Shown here: piece by piece, positions 1 through 10,562 of the stretch
Layout of the letters: each line of letters opens with the position of its first letter
How positions within the stretch are numbered: the first letter of the stretch is position 1
Sequence record: DRR723986_19395
DNA: 52,286 nt
Strand: one strand, 5' to 3'
Program-made: the position numbers and the translations under genes
Notes under the pieces: generated by a model
What the model was told of the DNA's origin: nothing
The model's input: only the letters and a program-made list of their open reading frames with translations
The model's database searches: none

Positions 1-1
1 T

Positions 2-1585
2 ACCATTGCTTGTTTTCCCCTGTAGGATTATTTTCGTAGAGTCAAAGAAGATAAGGTCTTGGATTTCAAACTCACCTTTAGAATTGGTTACTGCAGTTTT
101 TGACTCTGGGAAGGGGAATAAGGATAGGTAGGATACAGTTCCCGATTCTATAGGCTGATTTTTCTTTTCATCAGTAAGTACTCCTCTGATCGTCAATCCT
201 TTTTCAACGCCATATTCAGGATCTGTCACCTTTTCGCTCAATGCCTCTTTTATCGTAAATCGCCGCCAGCCTTGCGTCAGCATAAGGATGTCCAGGTCTT
301 TTGCGCGATCCTGATTGCTGGGATTGAAATAATAACCCGGCGATTCGATATGTCCTTTCAGTTCTGAGGAAAGTAAAAGGTTCGATTGTATCGTTTCTTT
401 GTTTTCAGACAAAGCTACCTGACTTCCGTCAACTACGCTTAAAGACATATTAGCAGCGACTGGATTTCCTTCTTTATCCTTTGCTTCAATGTCAATTTGA
501 ACTCGTTCTCTAGGCTTATAAACCGATTTGTCCATGGATGCTGTGATGGTCATCTGATCTTGATGATCGATGAAAACTAGCCGCTCTGCCAAGGGATTTC
601 CGGCCTCATCTAAAACAGTGATTTGAGCGATTCCTGAGGGAAATTCTTTCTTTGGGATTCGGGTAAAGCTTACTTTCTTTGATAGATCAGCTTGACTGGA
701 TGCACAGACTATTCCACGTGTTTGCGCCAAAAGATAGACAGTTTGAAGGGTGGAATTCTCTGAAGCTTGAACCTTCACGAGGAGATCTGCTGTAGTAGGC
801 GAATTCGTCACAGAGAGAATTATTCCTGAATCAAGGGCTTTTGGTAGCGTTACTATTTCTTGGCTATTCTCGATCGTTGCCGTGTATTTCTTCCCTTCTT
901 TGGGCATCAAGGCAAAAACGCCCATCCCAAATTGATTGCTTTCAAATGTGGCAACTTCCTTTTCGCCTTCATAGACTTTTCCGCTCACCACTTTACCCAA
1001 GCCATCCATTCCGATAGCTTTGAAGCCTACTTTACTCATGATCCCATTGATTAAATTACCTCCTTCGGGAAAGAACTGAAGAGCTATAGTTTCATCACTT
1101 AGGGCGTTATTGATGGGGTCTTGGGTATTCCATATTTTTATCTGCTTATGAAAAAAATAGGCTTCATCGGCATTCCGCATCCAATTGGTATAGGAGCGAA
1201 CTAGGTAGTTTCCTGAGGGAAGTGATTCATCTAATTCTAGCTGACCTGCCGCAAAACCTTCTCTAGAAAATAGCTGATCCTGCTGTATTACTTCACCGGA
1301 ACTATTGATCAACTCTACATAAATAGTGTTGCTGAATAACGATGGTTCATGGTATGAACCCGCTGTGAGATAGACTTTAAACCAAATTGTCTCACCTGCG
1401 GAATAGTTTGGTCTGTCTAGGTGGAGATAAACCTTTTCTTGAGGAAGCTCGGTGATATACCTTTTGAATCCTGCGATGATCCTCTCTAAGGGATTAGAGA
1501 GTGGAGAAAAGGAGAAGAGTAAAATGGTAAAGATGGTAATAAATACCGTCGAGCTAAACTTATTTATTTTTAGATAAGCCATCAT
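2..1585 (-). CDS. Large secreted/outer-membrane MG2 (macroglobulin-like) domain protein of the Bacteroidota 'TonB-dependent receptor plug' type; 3' end lies beyond the window start
   Basis: Not in the ORF track because it runs off the edge. Manual translation of parts from ATG 1585: hydrophobic N-terminus, then PQEKVYLHLDRPNYSAGETIWFKVYL and later DLDILMLTQGWRRF, both typical of this family. Confidence 0.8.
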   Translation of the reverse strand, partial: MMAYLKINKFSSTVFITIFTILLFSFSPLSNPLERIIAGFKRYITELPQEKVYLHLDRPNYSAGETIWFKVYLTAGSYHEPSLFSNTIYVELINSSGEVIQQDQLFSREGFAAGQLELDESLPSGNYLVRSYTNWMRNADEAYFFHKQIKIWNTQDPINNALSDETIALQFFPEGGNLINGIMSKVGFKAIGMDGLGKVVSGKVYEGEKEVATFESNQFGMGVFALMPKEGKKYTATIENSQEIVTLPKALDSGIILSVTNSPTTADLLVKVQASENSTLQTVYLLAQTRGIVCASSQADLSKKVSFTRIPKKEFPSGIAQITVLDEAGNPLAERLVFIDHQDQMTITASMDKSVYKPRERVQIDIEAKDKEGNPVAANMSLSVVDGSQVALSENKETIQSNLLLSSELKGHIESPGYYFNPSNQDRAKDLDILMLTQGWRRFTIKEALSEKVTDPEYGVEKGLTIRGVLTDEKKNQPIESGTVSYLSLFPFPESKTAVTNSKGEFEIQDLIFFDSTKIILQGKTSNG

Positions 1586-1627
1586 AGGATAGGTGTTTAG
1601 ATGAAAAAGAGATATAATCTATATTGT

Positions 1628-1665
1628 AAAAATGAAAGCACAACCCATAATCAATGAGTTGTGCT
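1628..1665 (-). terminator. Intrinsic terminator after the 66-aa peptide gene
   Basis: Minus strand AGCACAACTCAT-TGATT-ATGGGTTGTGCT (12 bp, one G-U) followed by TTCATTTTT. Confidence 0.7.
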
Positions 1666-1693
1666 GACTTGCTTCTACAAGACTATTAATTCA

Positions 1694-1894
1694 TCAAGTG
1701 TCACATTCTGTCTCTATTAAAACTACAATTACATTCTGACAAAATGGGTCGCCTGTTGACCAAAATAGCTCTCCACATCCATTGTAATAATCTGTTCTAG
1801 TACAACCATTCATTCCATATCCAGATTGATATGGCAATAAAGTATTGATTAAAATGGCTAAGGTAACGACAAGCACTGTCTTTAATTTTTTCAT
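1694..1894 (-). CDS. Small secreted Cys-rich peptide (66 aa)
   Basis: MKKLK plus a hydrophobic signal-like N-terminus, 4 Cys in the C-terminal 40 aa, A-rich sequence before the ATG and its own terminator. Confidence 0.65.
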   Translation of the reverse strand: MKKLKTVLVVTLAILINTLLPYQSGYGMNGCTRTDYYNGCGELFWSTGDPFCQNVIVVLIETECDT

Positions 1895-2005
1895 GATTTT
1901 TTTAATTTGGGTTTATTTTTGATGGATTATACGCCATTTTATTTGAAGGGTTTTCCTAATTCTAGGAATTCAAACTATTTTTTAAATCAATCCTATATGT
2001 GTTTT

Positions 2006-2200
2006 TCAGCTGGATAAAATAAAGTAGGTCCATCCAATAATCGTCAAGGAAACGACGATGATTAAAGGTATGGTCAAGAATTTCAGCGAATTCATACTAC
2101 TCATAAATACATTTAGGATAAAAGAAATCAAAGCCACCACGCTTCCTATAGATTGGGCTTTCTGGATTTGAGATAAAATATCGTTCTCCGTATTTTTCAT
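2006..2200 (-). CDS. Small hypothetical membrane protein (two hydrophobic segments), possibly truncated
   Basis: ORF MKNTENDILSQ... with two TM-like stretches; no family recognised. Confidence 0.4.
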   Translation of the reverse strand: MKNTENDILSQIQKAQSIGSVVALISFILNVFMSSMNSLKFLTIPLIIVVSLTIIGWTYFILSS

Positions 2201-2278
2201 GATTTGATTCTTCACTTTTTTTGAAAGGATTGAGGAAAATGCGACTTAGAAAGAGCATCACTCTAAGTTTTAGGCATC

Positions 2279-2306
2279 ATCGGTCACCCAGCATCGGGCA
2301 TCGGAC
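2279..2306 (-). repeat. Four tandem degenerate heptamers (GTCCGAT GCCCGAT GCTGGGT GACCGAT)
   Basis: Read directly; overlaps the ade stop codon; the same family occurs at 14539 and 44631. Confidence 0.65.
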
Positions 2307-3930
2307 TCTCCAAAAACACCTCCTCAAACTCAAATCGCTGCCCATTAAACAAGCCCTTGTCACTCAGTTTCAAATCAGGAATCACCAGCAACCCCATAAA
2401 GCTTAGCGTCATAAAAGGAGAGTTAAGCGTAGCTCCCATTTCCTTGGCAAGTCTATCAATCTTCGTGTAAGCAGCAGCAACTTCATAACCGTCCGAAACA
2501 GACATGATTCCTCCTACAGGAAGGGGGAGAATTTCTTCCTGATCTCCAGATACAGCAGAAACTCCACCTTTTGCTTCGATTATTAGATTAACTGCTTTGC
2601 AGATGGATTCGTCATCGATTCCTACCGCGATAATATTATGGGAGTCATGACCAACTGAGGAAGCGATGGCACCGGTTTTCAACCCAAAGTTCTTGATAAA
2701 AGCCACTGCTGGGGGAGCATCCTCGTAGCGATTGACCACGGTAATTTTTAAAATGTCTTCCGCAGGATTTGGTTCTGCGAAGCCGTTTCTGATAAGGATT
2801 TCACCAGTGATTTCAGGAGTAATTAATTGTCCGTCTAAAGCTTCGATAACTCTGACTTTAGTCCCTTTGGCTTTGATATGGAAGTTTTCAGGCCTTTTTA
2901 GGGATGTGCGGAAATTGTTAATGATTTCGTTTGTGATGGGCTGAATTAGCGTCTTCCCCTTCTCAGCTACTTTCTCACCATCTATATAGGTGCTGATAAC
3001 CTGAAAGTCTTTCAAGTTATTCACTAGAATAAAATCAGCAGGATCTCCTTCTCTCAATTGTCCTACATTCATGGAATAGTGAGCAATTGGATTCAAGCAA
3101 GCAGCCCGAAGAACATTGAACACATCTTTGCCTTTTGCGACAGCTCTGGCTGCTAGCTCATTGATATGAGAAACTGCCAGATTATCGGGATGTTTATCGT
3201 CCGAGCAAAACATAATCATCTCAGGATAGTCATCGATCAGGTCTATAAGAGCTTCGAAGTTTTTGGCCGCGGAACCTTCTCGGATAGCGATTTTCATTCC
3301 CAGCTTTAATTTCCCCAAAGCCTCCTCAGCTGTGAAGCATTCATGGTCAGTGCTTGGGCCAGCGCTTACATATTTTTCAGCCAATTCGCCTTTTAGTCCT
3401 GGCGCGTGTCCATCGATGGGTTTTCCGTATTTCTTTGAGATTCGAATTTTCTCCATCACCAATTCATCCCGATTTACCGTTCCTGGCCAGTTCATCATTT
3501 CTGCCAAGTAGTGAATCTCAGGACGAGACATTAGGTTTTCTATGTCCTGAGCATTGATTTCTCCACCCGCTGTTTCAAAAGGTGTGGCAGGAACACAAGA
3601 GGGTGCGCCGAAGTAAAATTTAAAAGGAACCTGTTTCCCATTCTCGATCATGTATTCCACACCTTCCATTCCACAGACATTGGCGATCTCATGTGGATCT
3701 GAAATCGTCGCAACCGTGCCATGAACGACTGCAAGTCTGGCAAATTCGGAAGGGACAAGCATGGAACTCTCTACGTGTACATGCGCGTCGATGAACCCAG
3801 GCATCAAATAAGGCAAAGAAGAATCTTCATCTATTTTTTCCAGCTTTACTATTTTTCCATGGGCTACACTGAGAGAAACAGCATGAATTTCACGGTTTGG
3901 AATGTCTACGAATTGACCTAGGATTTGCAT
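2284..3930 (-). CDS. ade: Adenine deaminase
   Basis: [40 protein letters not shown] and SSVGHDSHN motifs; start set at MQILGQ. Confidence 0.93.
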   Translation of the reverse strand: MQILGQFVDIPNREIHAVSLSVAHGKIVKLEKIDEDSSLPYLMPGFIDAHVHVESSMLVPSEFARLAVVHGTVATISDPHEIANVCGMEGVEYMIENGKQVPFKFYFGAPSCVPATPFETAGGEINAQDIENLMSRPEIHYLAEMMNWPGTVNRDELVMEKIRISKKYGKPIDGHAPGLKGELAEKYVSAGPSTDHECFTAEEALGKLKLGMKIAIREGSAAKNFEALIDLIDDYPEMIMFCSDDKHPDNLAVSHINELAARAVAKGKDVFNVLRAACLNPIAHYSMNVGQLREGDPADFILVNNLKDFQVISTYIDGEKVAEKGKTLIQPITNEIINNFRTSLKRPENFHIKAKGTKVRVIEALDGQLITPEITGEILIRNGFAEPNPAEDILKITVVNRYEDAPPAVAFIKNFGLKTGAIASSVGHDSHNIIAVGIDDESICKAVNLIIEAKGGVSAVSGDQEEILPLPVGGIMSVSDGYEVAAAYTKIDRLAKEMGATLNSPFMTLSFMGLLVIPDLKLSDKGLFNGQRFEFEEVFLESPMPDAG

Positions 3931-4014
3931 AAAAATGTGGGAGAAATTAATTGGAGAGAATCTGTATAAGCGATTCGATTCCAAGGTTTGGGGATTGGTT
4001 TAGATTAAAACTAC

Positions 4015-4022
4015 TATATTTG
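4015..4022 (+). promoter_or_regulatory. Bacteroidota -7 promoter box (TATATTTG) for cmk-ispH
   Basis: Matches the TAnnTTTG consensus ~40 nt before the cmk ATG. Confidence 0.55.
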
Positions 4023-4059
4023 CGCAGTAATAAAAAAACGAATTAAGCGGGTTTTTTGA

Positions 4060-4764
4060 ATGAATAAAATCGTCATCGCCATCGATGGATATTCTGGATG
4101 TGGGAAGAGTTCCACTGCCAAAGCAGTAGCAAAGGATTTGGGATATACTTACATCGATTCCGGAGCCATGTATAGAGCGGCGACTCTACACTTTTTGAAT
4201 AATTTCCTTTCTCCATCCAATCCACATGATGTGGAAAAAGGGCTTAAATCCTTAGAGATTTCTTTTCATCTAAATCCGGACACCCATAAACAAGAGACCT
4301 ATCTCAATGGTTTGAATGTGGAGGGTGAGATCCGTACTATGCGAATTTCCAATAAAGTGTCTGAAGTCGCCACGGTCGCTGCCATCAGAAAAGAGTTGGT
4401 AGCGCAGCAGCAACGACTTGGAAAGAAAAAAGGAGTGGTAATGGATGGACGTGATATTGGCTCGGTAGTTTTTCCTAATGCAGATCTGAAAGTGTTTATG
4501 ACTGCGGACTTAGATACTCGTGCTATCAGAAGGCAAGAAGAGCTTTTGGAAAAAGGTGAGTTGGTGGACTTGCAAGAGATTAAAGCTAACCTCGCTGATC
4601 GAGACAGAGTAGATTCTTCTCGTGTAGAAAGCCCACTAAAGAAAATGCCAGATGCTCTGGAGGTAGATACCAGTAATATTACCTTTGCGGAGCAGGTGGG
4701 GAAGATCGTCCACTCGGCAAGACAAATTATTGATAAACAAGAGAGCTATGCAGGTAAGCATTGA
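4060..4764 (+). CDS. cmk: (d)CMP kinase
   Basis: IAIDGYSGCGKSS P-loop, YIDSGAMYRA, VMDGRDIG. Confidence 0.95.
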   Translation: MNKIVIAIDGYSGCGKSSTAKAVAKDLGYTYIDSGAMYRAATLHFLNNFLSPSNPHDVEKGLKSLEISFHLNPDTHKQETYLNGLNVEGEIRTMRISNKVSEVATVAAIRKELVAQQQRLGKKKGVVMDGRDIGSVVFPNADLKVFMTADLDTRAIRRQEELLEKGELVDLQEIKANLADRDRVDSSRVESPLKKMPDALEVDTSNITFAEQVGKIVHSARQIIDKQESYAGKH

Positions 4765-5644
4765 TAAAAACTCTGGGTATTGCTTCGGTGTCGAATTTGC
4801 CATCAAAATGGCGGAGGATGAGATGGAGCAAAGCGACCAGCTGTATTGCCTTGGCGATATCGTGCATAATGATATGGAGGTTTCGCGTCTTAGCGCCAAA
4901 GGTTTGGTTGTTATAGATCGAGAGCAGTTGTCAGAATTGCATGATTGCAAGGTGTTGATTCGTGCACATGGCGAACCGCCTGAGACCTATAGAACTGCCA
5001 TAGAAAACAATATTGAACTAATTGATGCTTCCTGTCCAGTAGTGTTGAAGCTACAACATCGCGTGAAAAGTGCATTCGATAAAATGGAGCGTGAAGACGG
5101 ACAGATTGTTATTTATGGTAAAAAAGGCCATGCGGAAGTAATTGGCTTGACTGGACAGACTTTGGAAAAGGCTATCGTGGTGATGGAAGAGGCTGATTTG
5201 GATAAGATAGATTTTACTAGACCTGTGACGCTTTTCAGTCAGACTACCAAAAGCACGAAAGGCTTCTATGAGATTTCTCAGAAAATAGAAGATCGCATTC
5301 AGGCTGCTAAGCAAGAACTTACGCGAGAGACTTTCAATGCAAATGATTCGATTTGCCGGCAGGTGTCTAATCGTGAACCACAGCTACAGCGATTTTCTCA
5401 AGAAAATGATGTGATTTTATTTGTGTCTGGAAAGAAAAGCTCAAATGGCAAGGCACTTCATCAAGTGTGTCTGGCTCAAAATGAAAGAAGCTATTTCATT
5501 GAAAATGAGAAAGAGATTAATCCAGATTGGTTTCAAAAAGATGAAAAAGTAGGGATATGCGGAGCAACATCTACACCAATGTGGCTGATGGAGCAAGTGA
5601 AATCATACGTGGAATCACTCGAAGAAGGGGTGCTTTCAGTTTAA
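4748..5644 (+). CDS. ispH: 4-hydroxy-3-methylbut-2-enyl diphosphate reductase
   Basis: GYCFGV, IRAHG, DASCP, GHAEV, SQTT, SICRQV, SSNG and GATSTP motifs; ATG at 4748 overlaps the cmk end. Confidence 0.95.
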   Translation: MQVSIDKNSGYCFGVEFAIKMAEDEMEQSDQLYCLGDIVHNDMEVSRLSAKGLVVIDREQLSELHDCKVLIRAHGEPPETYRTAIENNIELIDASCPVVLKLQHRVKSAFDKMEREDGQIVIYGKKGHAEVIGLTGQTLEKAIVVMEEADLDKIDFTRPVTLFSQTTKSTKGFYEISQKIEDRIQAAKQELTRETFNANDSICRQVSNREPQLQRFSQENDVILFVSGKKSSNGKALHQVCLAQNERSYFIENEKEINPDWFQKDEKVGICGATSTPMWLMEQVKSYVESLEEGVLSV

Positions 5645-5733
5645 AATAGAGTTATTTAAAAACTTAGGAAGCCATTCTTCCAAAAGTTCAAACATTAAAG
5701 TTCATATACCCTCAAATTAAAAAGGTTATTTAT

Positions 5734-5741
5734 TAGATTTG
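5734..5741 (+). promoter_or_regulatory. -7 promoter box (TAGATTTG) for the nqr operon
   Basis: TAnnTTTG consensus 36 nt upstream of the nqrA ATG. Confidence 0.5.
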
Positions 5742-5777
5742 GGGCGTTTTTCAAAAGCTCATAGTTCAAAAACAGAT

Positions 5778-7130
5778 ATGTCTAAAATAGTGAAGCTTAA
5801 GAAAGGTTTTGACATCAACTTGGTGGGAAAGGCTAAGCAAGAGCTTGCTGATTTCGCCCCGGCTCAAACCTTCGCAATTAAGCCGACAGACTTTATCGGG
5901 CTCCAGCGCCCTAAAGTTCTTGTCAATGAAGGAGATACCGTTAAGGCAGGTACTCCAGTCCTGATCGACAAAGCATTGGATCAAGTAATTTATGCGGCTC
6001 CTGTTTCCGGCAAAATTGTCGAGATTAAAAGAGGCGATCGCAGGAAATTGCTTGAAATCAGTATTTTGGCGGATGCTACCATCGTCCACGAGCAACTAGG
6101 TGCTGTTAATATTGCTTCTCTAGATAGAGATGCTTTGGCAGCAAAACTGGCAGCGAGTGGTGTTTGGCCAAACATCATCCAAAGACCTTACGGTATAGTC
6201 GCAAATCCAGCGGATACTCCTAAGAGTATTTTCATATCTGCTTTTGATACCCATCCATTGGCTCCAGACTATGCTTTCGCATTGCAGGGCCAAGAGAAAT
6301 ATCTTCAGGCAGGAATTGAAGCTTTGGCTAAACTGACAAGTGGCAAAGTCCACCTGAATGTGGACGGCTCAAAGGCGACTCCATCTGTTTTTGCAGAATT
6401 GAAAGGCGCTCAAGTGAACAAATTCTCTGGACCGCACCCTGCAGGAAATGTAGGAGTGCAGATTCACCACTTAGATCCGATCAATAAAGGTGAAATCGCT
6501 TGGACGATCACTCCATACGGAGTTGCTCAGATCGGGAAATTAATTTTAGAAGGTGTTTACGATGCTTCTAAAGTTATAGCAGTAACCGGTTCTGAATTGA
6601 CCAAGGCTGCCTATGTAAAGACTTACATGGGAGCTTCTGTTTCTACTTTTGTGAAAGGAAATCTTAATTCAGGTCACGTAAGAGTGATCTCTGGAAATGT
6701 CCTTACTGGAGAGAAAATTTCGTTGGAAGGTTTCTTAGGTTTCTATCACAATCAGATTACCGTTATTCCTGAGGGAGATTACTATGAGTTCATGGGATGG
6801 GCAAAACCTACCACTAGATTGAGTTACCACAGAGCACTAGGATTACTTTCCTTCCTTACACCAAATAAAGAATTCGTCATGGATTCAAACGGTAGAGGCG
6901 AAGAAAGAGCATTCGTGCAAACTGGTGTTTTTGAATCTGTTACTCCCATGGATATACTTCCAGTTTACCTTTTGAAAGCTATCATGGCTGAGGATTTTGA
7001 CGAAATCGAAGAATTGGGAATCTATGAGATCGTGGAAGAAGATTTAGCTCTTTGCGAGTTTGTGGATGTGTCAAAGCATCCTGTGCAGGAGTTGGTGAGA
7101 AAAGGAATTGAATTAATCCAATACAGTTAA
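5778..7130 (+). CDS. nqrA: Na+-translocating NADH:quinone reductase subunit A
   Basis: KLKKGFDINL N-terminus, FSGPHPAGNVG, RVISGNVLTG, EEDLALCEFV. Confidence 0.95.
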   Translation: MSKIVKLKKGFDINLVGKAKQELADFAPAQTFAIKPTDFIGLQRPKVLVNEGDTVKAGTPVLIDKALDQVIYAAPVSGKIVEIKRGDRRKLLEISILADATIVHEQLGAVNIASLDRDALAAKLAASGVWPNIIQRPYGIVANPADTPKSIFISAFDTHPLAPDYAFALQGQEKYLQAGIEALAKLTSGKVHLNVDGSKATPSVFAELKGAQVNKFSGPHPAGNVGVQIHHLDPINKGEIAWTITPYGVAQIGKLILEGVYDASKVIAVTGSELTKAAYVKTYMGASVSTFVKGNLNSGHVRVISGNVLTGEKISLEGFLGFYHNQITVIPEGDYYEFMGWAKPTTRLSYHRALGLLSFLTPNKEFVMDSNGRGEERAFVQTGVFESVTPMDILPVYLLKAIMAEDFDEIEELGIYEIVEEDLALCEFVDVSKHPVQELVRKGIELIQYS

Positions 7131-7135
7131 TCCAT

Positions 7136-8353
7136 ATGAAGTTTCTAAGAGATTTATTGGACAAGCAGAAGCCACTTTTCGAAAAAGGTGGCAAGCTTGA
7201 AAGTCTATATTACGCGTTTGAAGCAGGGGAGACATTTATGTTCAGCCCTAAGCATACTACCGGCATCAAAGGTGCTCAGGTAAAAGATGCTATTGATTTG
7301 AAGCGAATGATGATCACAGTGGTAATTGCTATGATTCCTTGTTTGCTTTTTGGTATGTACAATACTGGTCATCAGCATTTACTCGCAACTGGCGGAACAG
7401 CCGGTTTGTGGGAGAATTTTGGTGAGAAGTTAGGCATTGGAGCAATGCTCGTACTTCCTCTTGTTTTAGTAGCCTATACAGCCGGTGGTATTGTAGAAGC
7501 AGTTTTCGCAATCGTGCGTAAGCACCCGATCAACGAAGGCTTCCTGGTAACAGGGATGCTTATTCCTTTGGTAGTGCCTGCTACTACTCCTTTGTGGCAA
7601 GTAGCTTTAGCTACTGTATTTGCAGTAGTGATTGCAAAGGAAGTATTCGGTGGTACTGGTATGAATGTGTTAAACGTAGCCATGACAGCAAGAGCGTTTT
7701 TGTATTTTGCTTACCCGGCACAGATTTCTGGTGACCAGGTTTGGACTTACTTAGGTGATAAGATGCCAGTTGATGGTTTCTCAGGAGCTACTGCTCTTTC
7801 AGTAGTTTACAATGCAGGCGTAGAAGGAACCCAGTCAGCAGTAGAGGCTTTAGCTGCCCATAATACAGTTTTGGGATCAGGATTATATGAATTTGCAAAT
7901 CTATTTATGGGTTGGATTCCTGGCTCCATCGGTGAGACATCTACTTTGATGGCTTTGGTTGGCGCGGCGATTTTAATTGCTACTGGCGTTGCTAGCTGGA
8001 AGATTATCTTCTCAGGATTTGCAGGAGCATACATCATGGGCTTTGTGATGAATCTATTTGCAGTAAATGAATACATGGCTTTACCTCCTCAGTACCACTG
8101 GGTGATGGGTGGTTTAGCCTTTGGAATTGTCTTTATGGCAACTGATCCAGTATCTGCCGCTCAGACAGAAACGGGTAAATGGATATACGGTTTATTGATC
8201 GGATTCCTGACTGTGATCATTCGAGTGACTAACCCAGCTTATCCTGAGGGAATTATGCTAGCGGTTCTATTCATGAACGTGTTCGCTCCACTGATCGATT
8301 ATTATGTAGTTAAGGCAAATAAAACAAGGAGGTTACAACGTGCAACAGTCTAA
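7136..8353 (+). CDS. nqrB: Na+-NQR subunit B
   Basis: DLKRMMITV, KEVFGGTGMN, SGAT FMN-attachment motif, GSIGETS, MATDPVSA. Confidence 0.95.
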   Translation: MKFLRDLLDKQKPLFEKGGKLESLYYAFEAGETFMFSPKHTTGIKGAQVKDAIDLKRMMITVVIAMIPCLLFGMYNTGHQHLLATGGTAGLWENFGEKLGIGAMLVLPLVLVAYTAGGIVEAVFAIVRKHPINEGFLVTGMLIPLVVPATTPLWQVALATVFAVVIAKEVFGGTGMNVLNVAMTARAFLYFAYPAQISGDQVWTYLGDKMPVDGFSGATALSVVYNAGVEGTQSAVEALAAHNTVLGSGLYEFANLFMGWIPGSIGETSTLMALVGAAILIATGVASWKIIFSGFAGAYIMGFVMNLFAVNEYMALPPQYHWVMGGLAFGIVFMATDPVSAAQTETGKWIYGLLIGFLTVIIRVTNPAYPEGIMLAVLFMNVFAPLIDYYVVKANKTRRLQRATV

Positions 8354-9104
8354 TACTTATATTATTACGTTCTCCGTCATCTTGACGGTGGTTCTAGGAT
8401 TACTTCTTTCAGGGACTTCTCAAGTTTTGGGTCCAATGCAAAAAGAAGCAATTGCTTTAGATAACAAAAAGCAAATCTTGGGTGCAGTTATATCTGGAGA
8501 AGAGATTGCTGCCATGACTCCTCAGGAGGTGAATGACTACTATAATAGCAGAATTGCTTCCGTTGTAGTAGATCTAAGTGGCAAAGAAGTTACTGAGCGT
8601 GAAGGAGTAGCTGTCACTGCAGAAACTGTGGATATCGCTAAGAACTATAAAAAGCCAGCAGAAGAAAGACTATACCCAGTTTATATTTATCATGCAGAGG
8701 GAAGTCCTGAAGCAGCTGAGAATTATATTTTACCTCTTTACGGAGCAGGTCTTTGGGATGCAATCTGGGGATATGTGGCTTTAGAAACAGATATGAACAC
8801 AGTGGGTGGGATTACTTTGGCTCACGCTGGCGAGACTCCAGGTCTTGGTGCTAGAATCACTGAGCCAGGTGTTCAACAGAGATATGAAGGCAAGACTATT
8901 TACAATGAATCAGGAGAGTTAGTAGCAGTGGAGATGCAAAAAGGGGAAGGCAAAGACTATTCTGATGATCCTCATCAGGTGGACGGTATGTCTGGAGCTA
9001 CGATTACTGCTAAAGGAGTTAATAATATGCTTAAGAATTACTTGGGCTACTATGAAGCTTACATTGAAAATAAGAAGTCTTCTTCATCTGTAGCAACACT
9101 ATAA
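8340..9104 (+). CDS. nqrC: Na+-NQR subunit C
   Basis: GAGLWDAIWGY, HAGETPGLG, VDGMSGATIT FMN motif; GTG start. Confidence 0.95.
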   Translation: MQQSNTYIITFSVILTVVLGLLLSGTSQVLGPMQKEAIALDNKKQILGAVISGEEIAAMTPQEVNDYYNSRIASVVVDLSGKEVTEREGVAVTAETVDIAKNYKKPAEERLYPVYIYHAEGSPEAAENYILPLYGAGLWDAIWGYVALETDMNTVGGITLAHAGETPGLGARITEPGVQQRYEGKTIYNESGELVAVEMQKGEGKDYSDDPHQVDGMSGATITAKGVNNMLKNYLGYYEAYIENKKSSSSVATL

Positions 9105-9134
9105 TCGAACTATTCAACTCAATAATTATTAAAT

Positions 9135-9806
9135 ATGAGTGCTGAAACTATAGAAAAAAAGCCTGCAGAGGCATTACTCTCCAAGCGCAGGAAAAAACTG
9201 GTAACTGATCCTTTGATTGATGACAACCCAGTGACCATTCAGGTACTTGGCATTTGTTCTGCTCTTGCAGTTACGACGCAAATGAAACCTACACTGGTTA
9301 TGGCTATTGCGGTTATCTTCGTAATTGTGATGTCAAATTTTTTGATTTCTCTTATGAGAAATACTATTCCTAGCCGAGTTAGGATTATCGTACAGCTTGC
9401 AGTAGTAGCTACCTTGGTAACTTTAGTGAATGAGGTATTGAAAGCTTTTGCATATGATATGTACAAAGAACTATCCGTATTCGTTGGTTTGATCATTACC
9501 AATTGTATAGTAATGGGTCGTTTAGAAGCTTTCGCTTTGGGTAATAAACCATATGATTCCATTCTTGATGGATTTGGGTCTGCTCTAGGATACTCTTGGA
9601 TTATCTTGACTGTAGCATTCTTTAGAGAACTGCTAGGATCAGGTGCTGTTTTTGGAATTCCTATTTACGACTATATATCCGGCTTATTTGGTCCTGACTT
9701 CCAACTGGCAACAAATGGCCTCATGGTCTCTCCTGTAGGGGCATTTATGGTATTGGGATTATTGATTTGGGTACAGCGTACCAAAACTGGATATGTTGAA
9801 CACTAA
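9135..9806 (+). CDS. nqrD: Na+-NQR subunit D
   Basis: [25 protein letters not shown]. Confidence 0.95.
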   Translation: MSAETIEKKPAEALLSKRRKKLVTDPLIDDNPVTIQVLGICSALAVTTQMKPTLVMAIAVIFVIVMSNFLISLMRNTIPSRVRIIVQLAVVATLVTLVNEVLKAFAYDMYKELSVFVGLIITNCIVMGRLEAFALGNKPYDSILDGFGSALGYSWIILTVAFFRELLGSGAVFGIPIYDYISGLFGPDFQLATNGLMVSPVGAFMVLGLLIWVQRTKTGYVEH

Positions 9807-9820
9807 AACCAACTGAAGAA

Positions 9821-10432
9821 ATGGATTTATTTAATTTAGGTATTCGGTCGATCTTTATCGACAATATGATTTTCGCTTACTTCCTTGGGATGTGTTCCTT
9901 CTTAGCAGTTTCCAAGAAAGTAACTACTGCAATTGGTCTAGGTGCAGCAGTAATATTTGTATTGACTGTGACTGTACCGGTGAACTGGTTGTTGAATGAA
10001 TATGTACTGAAAGAAGGCGCTTTATCTTGGGTAAATGCAGGATTAGCAGACATAGATCTCTCCTTTCTAAGATTCATCATGTTTATTGCGATTATCGCAG
10101 CGATGGTTCAATTGGTGGAAATGGTGGTTGAGAAATTTGCTCCAGCTCTTTACGGTGCTTTGGGTATATTTCTGCCTTTGATCGCAGTAAACTGTGCTAT
10201 CCTAGGTGGTTCTCTTTTCATGGCACAACGTGATTATACGCTTGCAGAATCTGCTGTTTATGGTTTTGGATCTGGTACTGGATTTTGCCTTGCTATTGTG
10301 GCCTTGGCTGCGATTCGTGAGAAATTAAAATATTCACATGTTCCAAATGGCTTGAAAGGATTGGGTATAACAATGCTTCTAACTGGATTGATGGGAATCG
10401 CGTTTATGTCCTTTATGGGAATCGATTTGTAA
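9821..10432 (+). CDS. nqrE: Na+-NQR subunit E
   Basis: [28 protein letters not shown]. Confidence 0.95.
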   Translation: MDLFNLGIRSIFIDNMIFAYFLGMCSFLAVSKKVTTAIGLGAAVIFVLTVTVPVNWLLNEYVLKEGALSWVNAGLADIDLSFLRFIMFIAIIAAMVQLVEMVVEKFAPALYGALGIFLPLIAVNCAILGGSLFMAQRDYTLAESAVYGFGSGTGFCLAIVALAAIREKLKYSHVPNGLKGLGITMLLTGLMGIAFMSFMGIDL

Positions 10433-10453
10433 TCAGGTTCTTGCTCAAATATT

Positions 10454-10491
10454 CAAAAGCTCCGAGATACTATCTCGGAGCTTTTGTTTTT
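10454..10491 (+). terminator. Intrinsic terminator after nqrE
   Basis: CAAAAGCTCCGAGATA-C-TATCTCGGAGCTTTTG followed by a T run. Confidence 0.85.
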
Positions 10492-10562
10492 AGCGGTGTT
10501 TGATTTTGTCTAATAGCTCGTAACTTTTACCTTTAATTTACTATTCAAGAACCCTGACTCTT

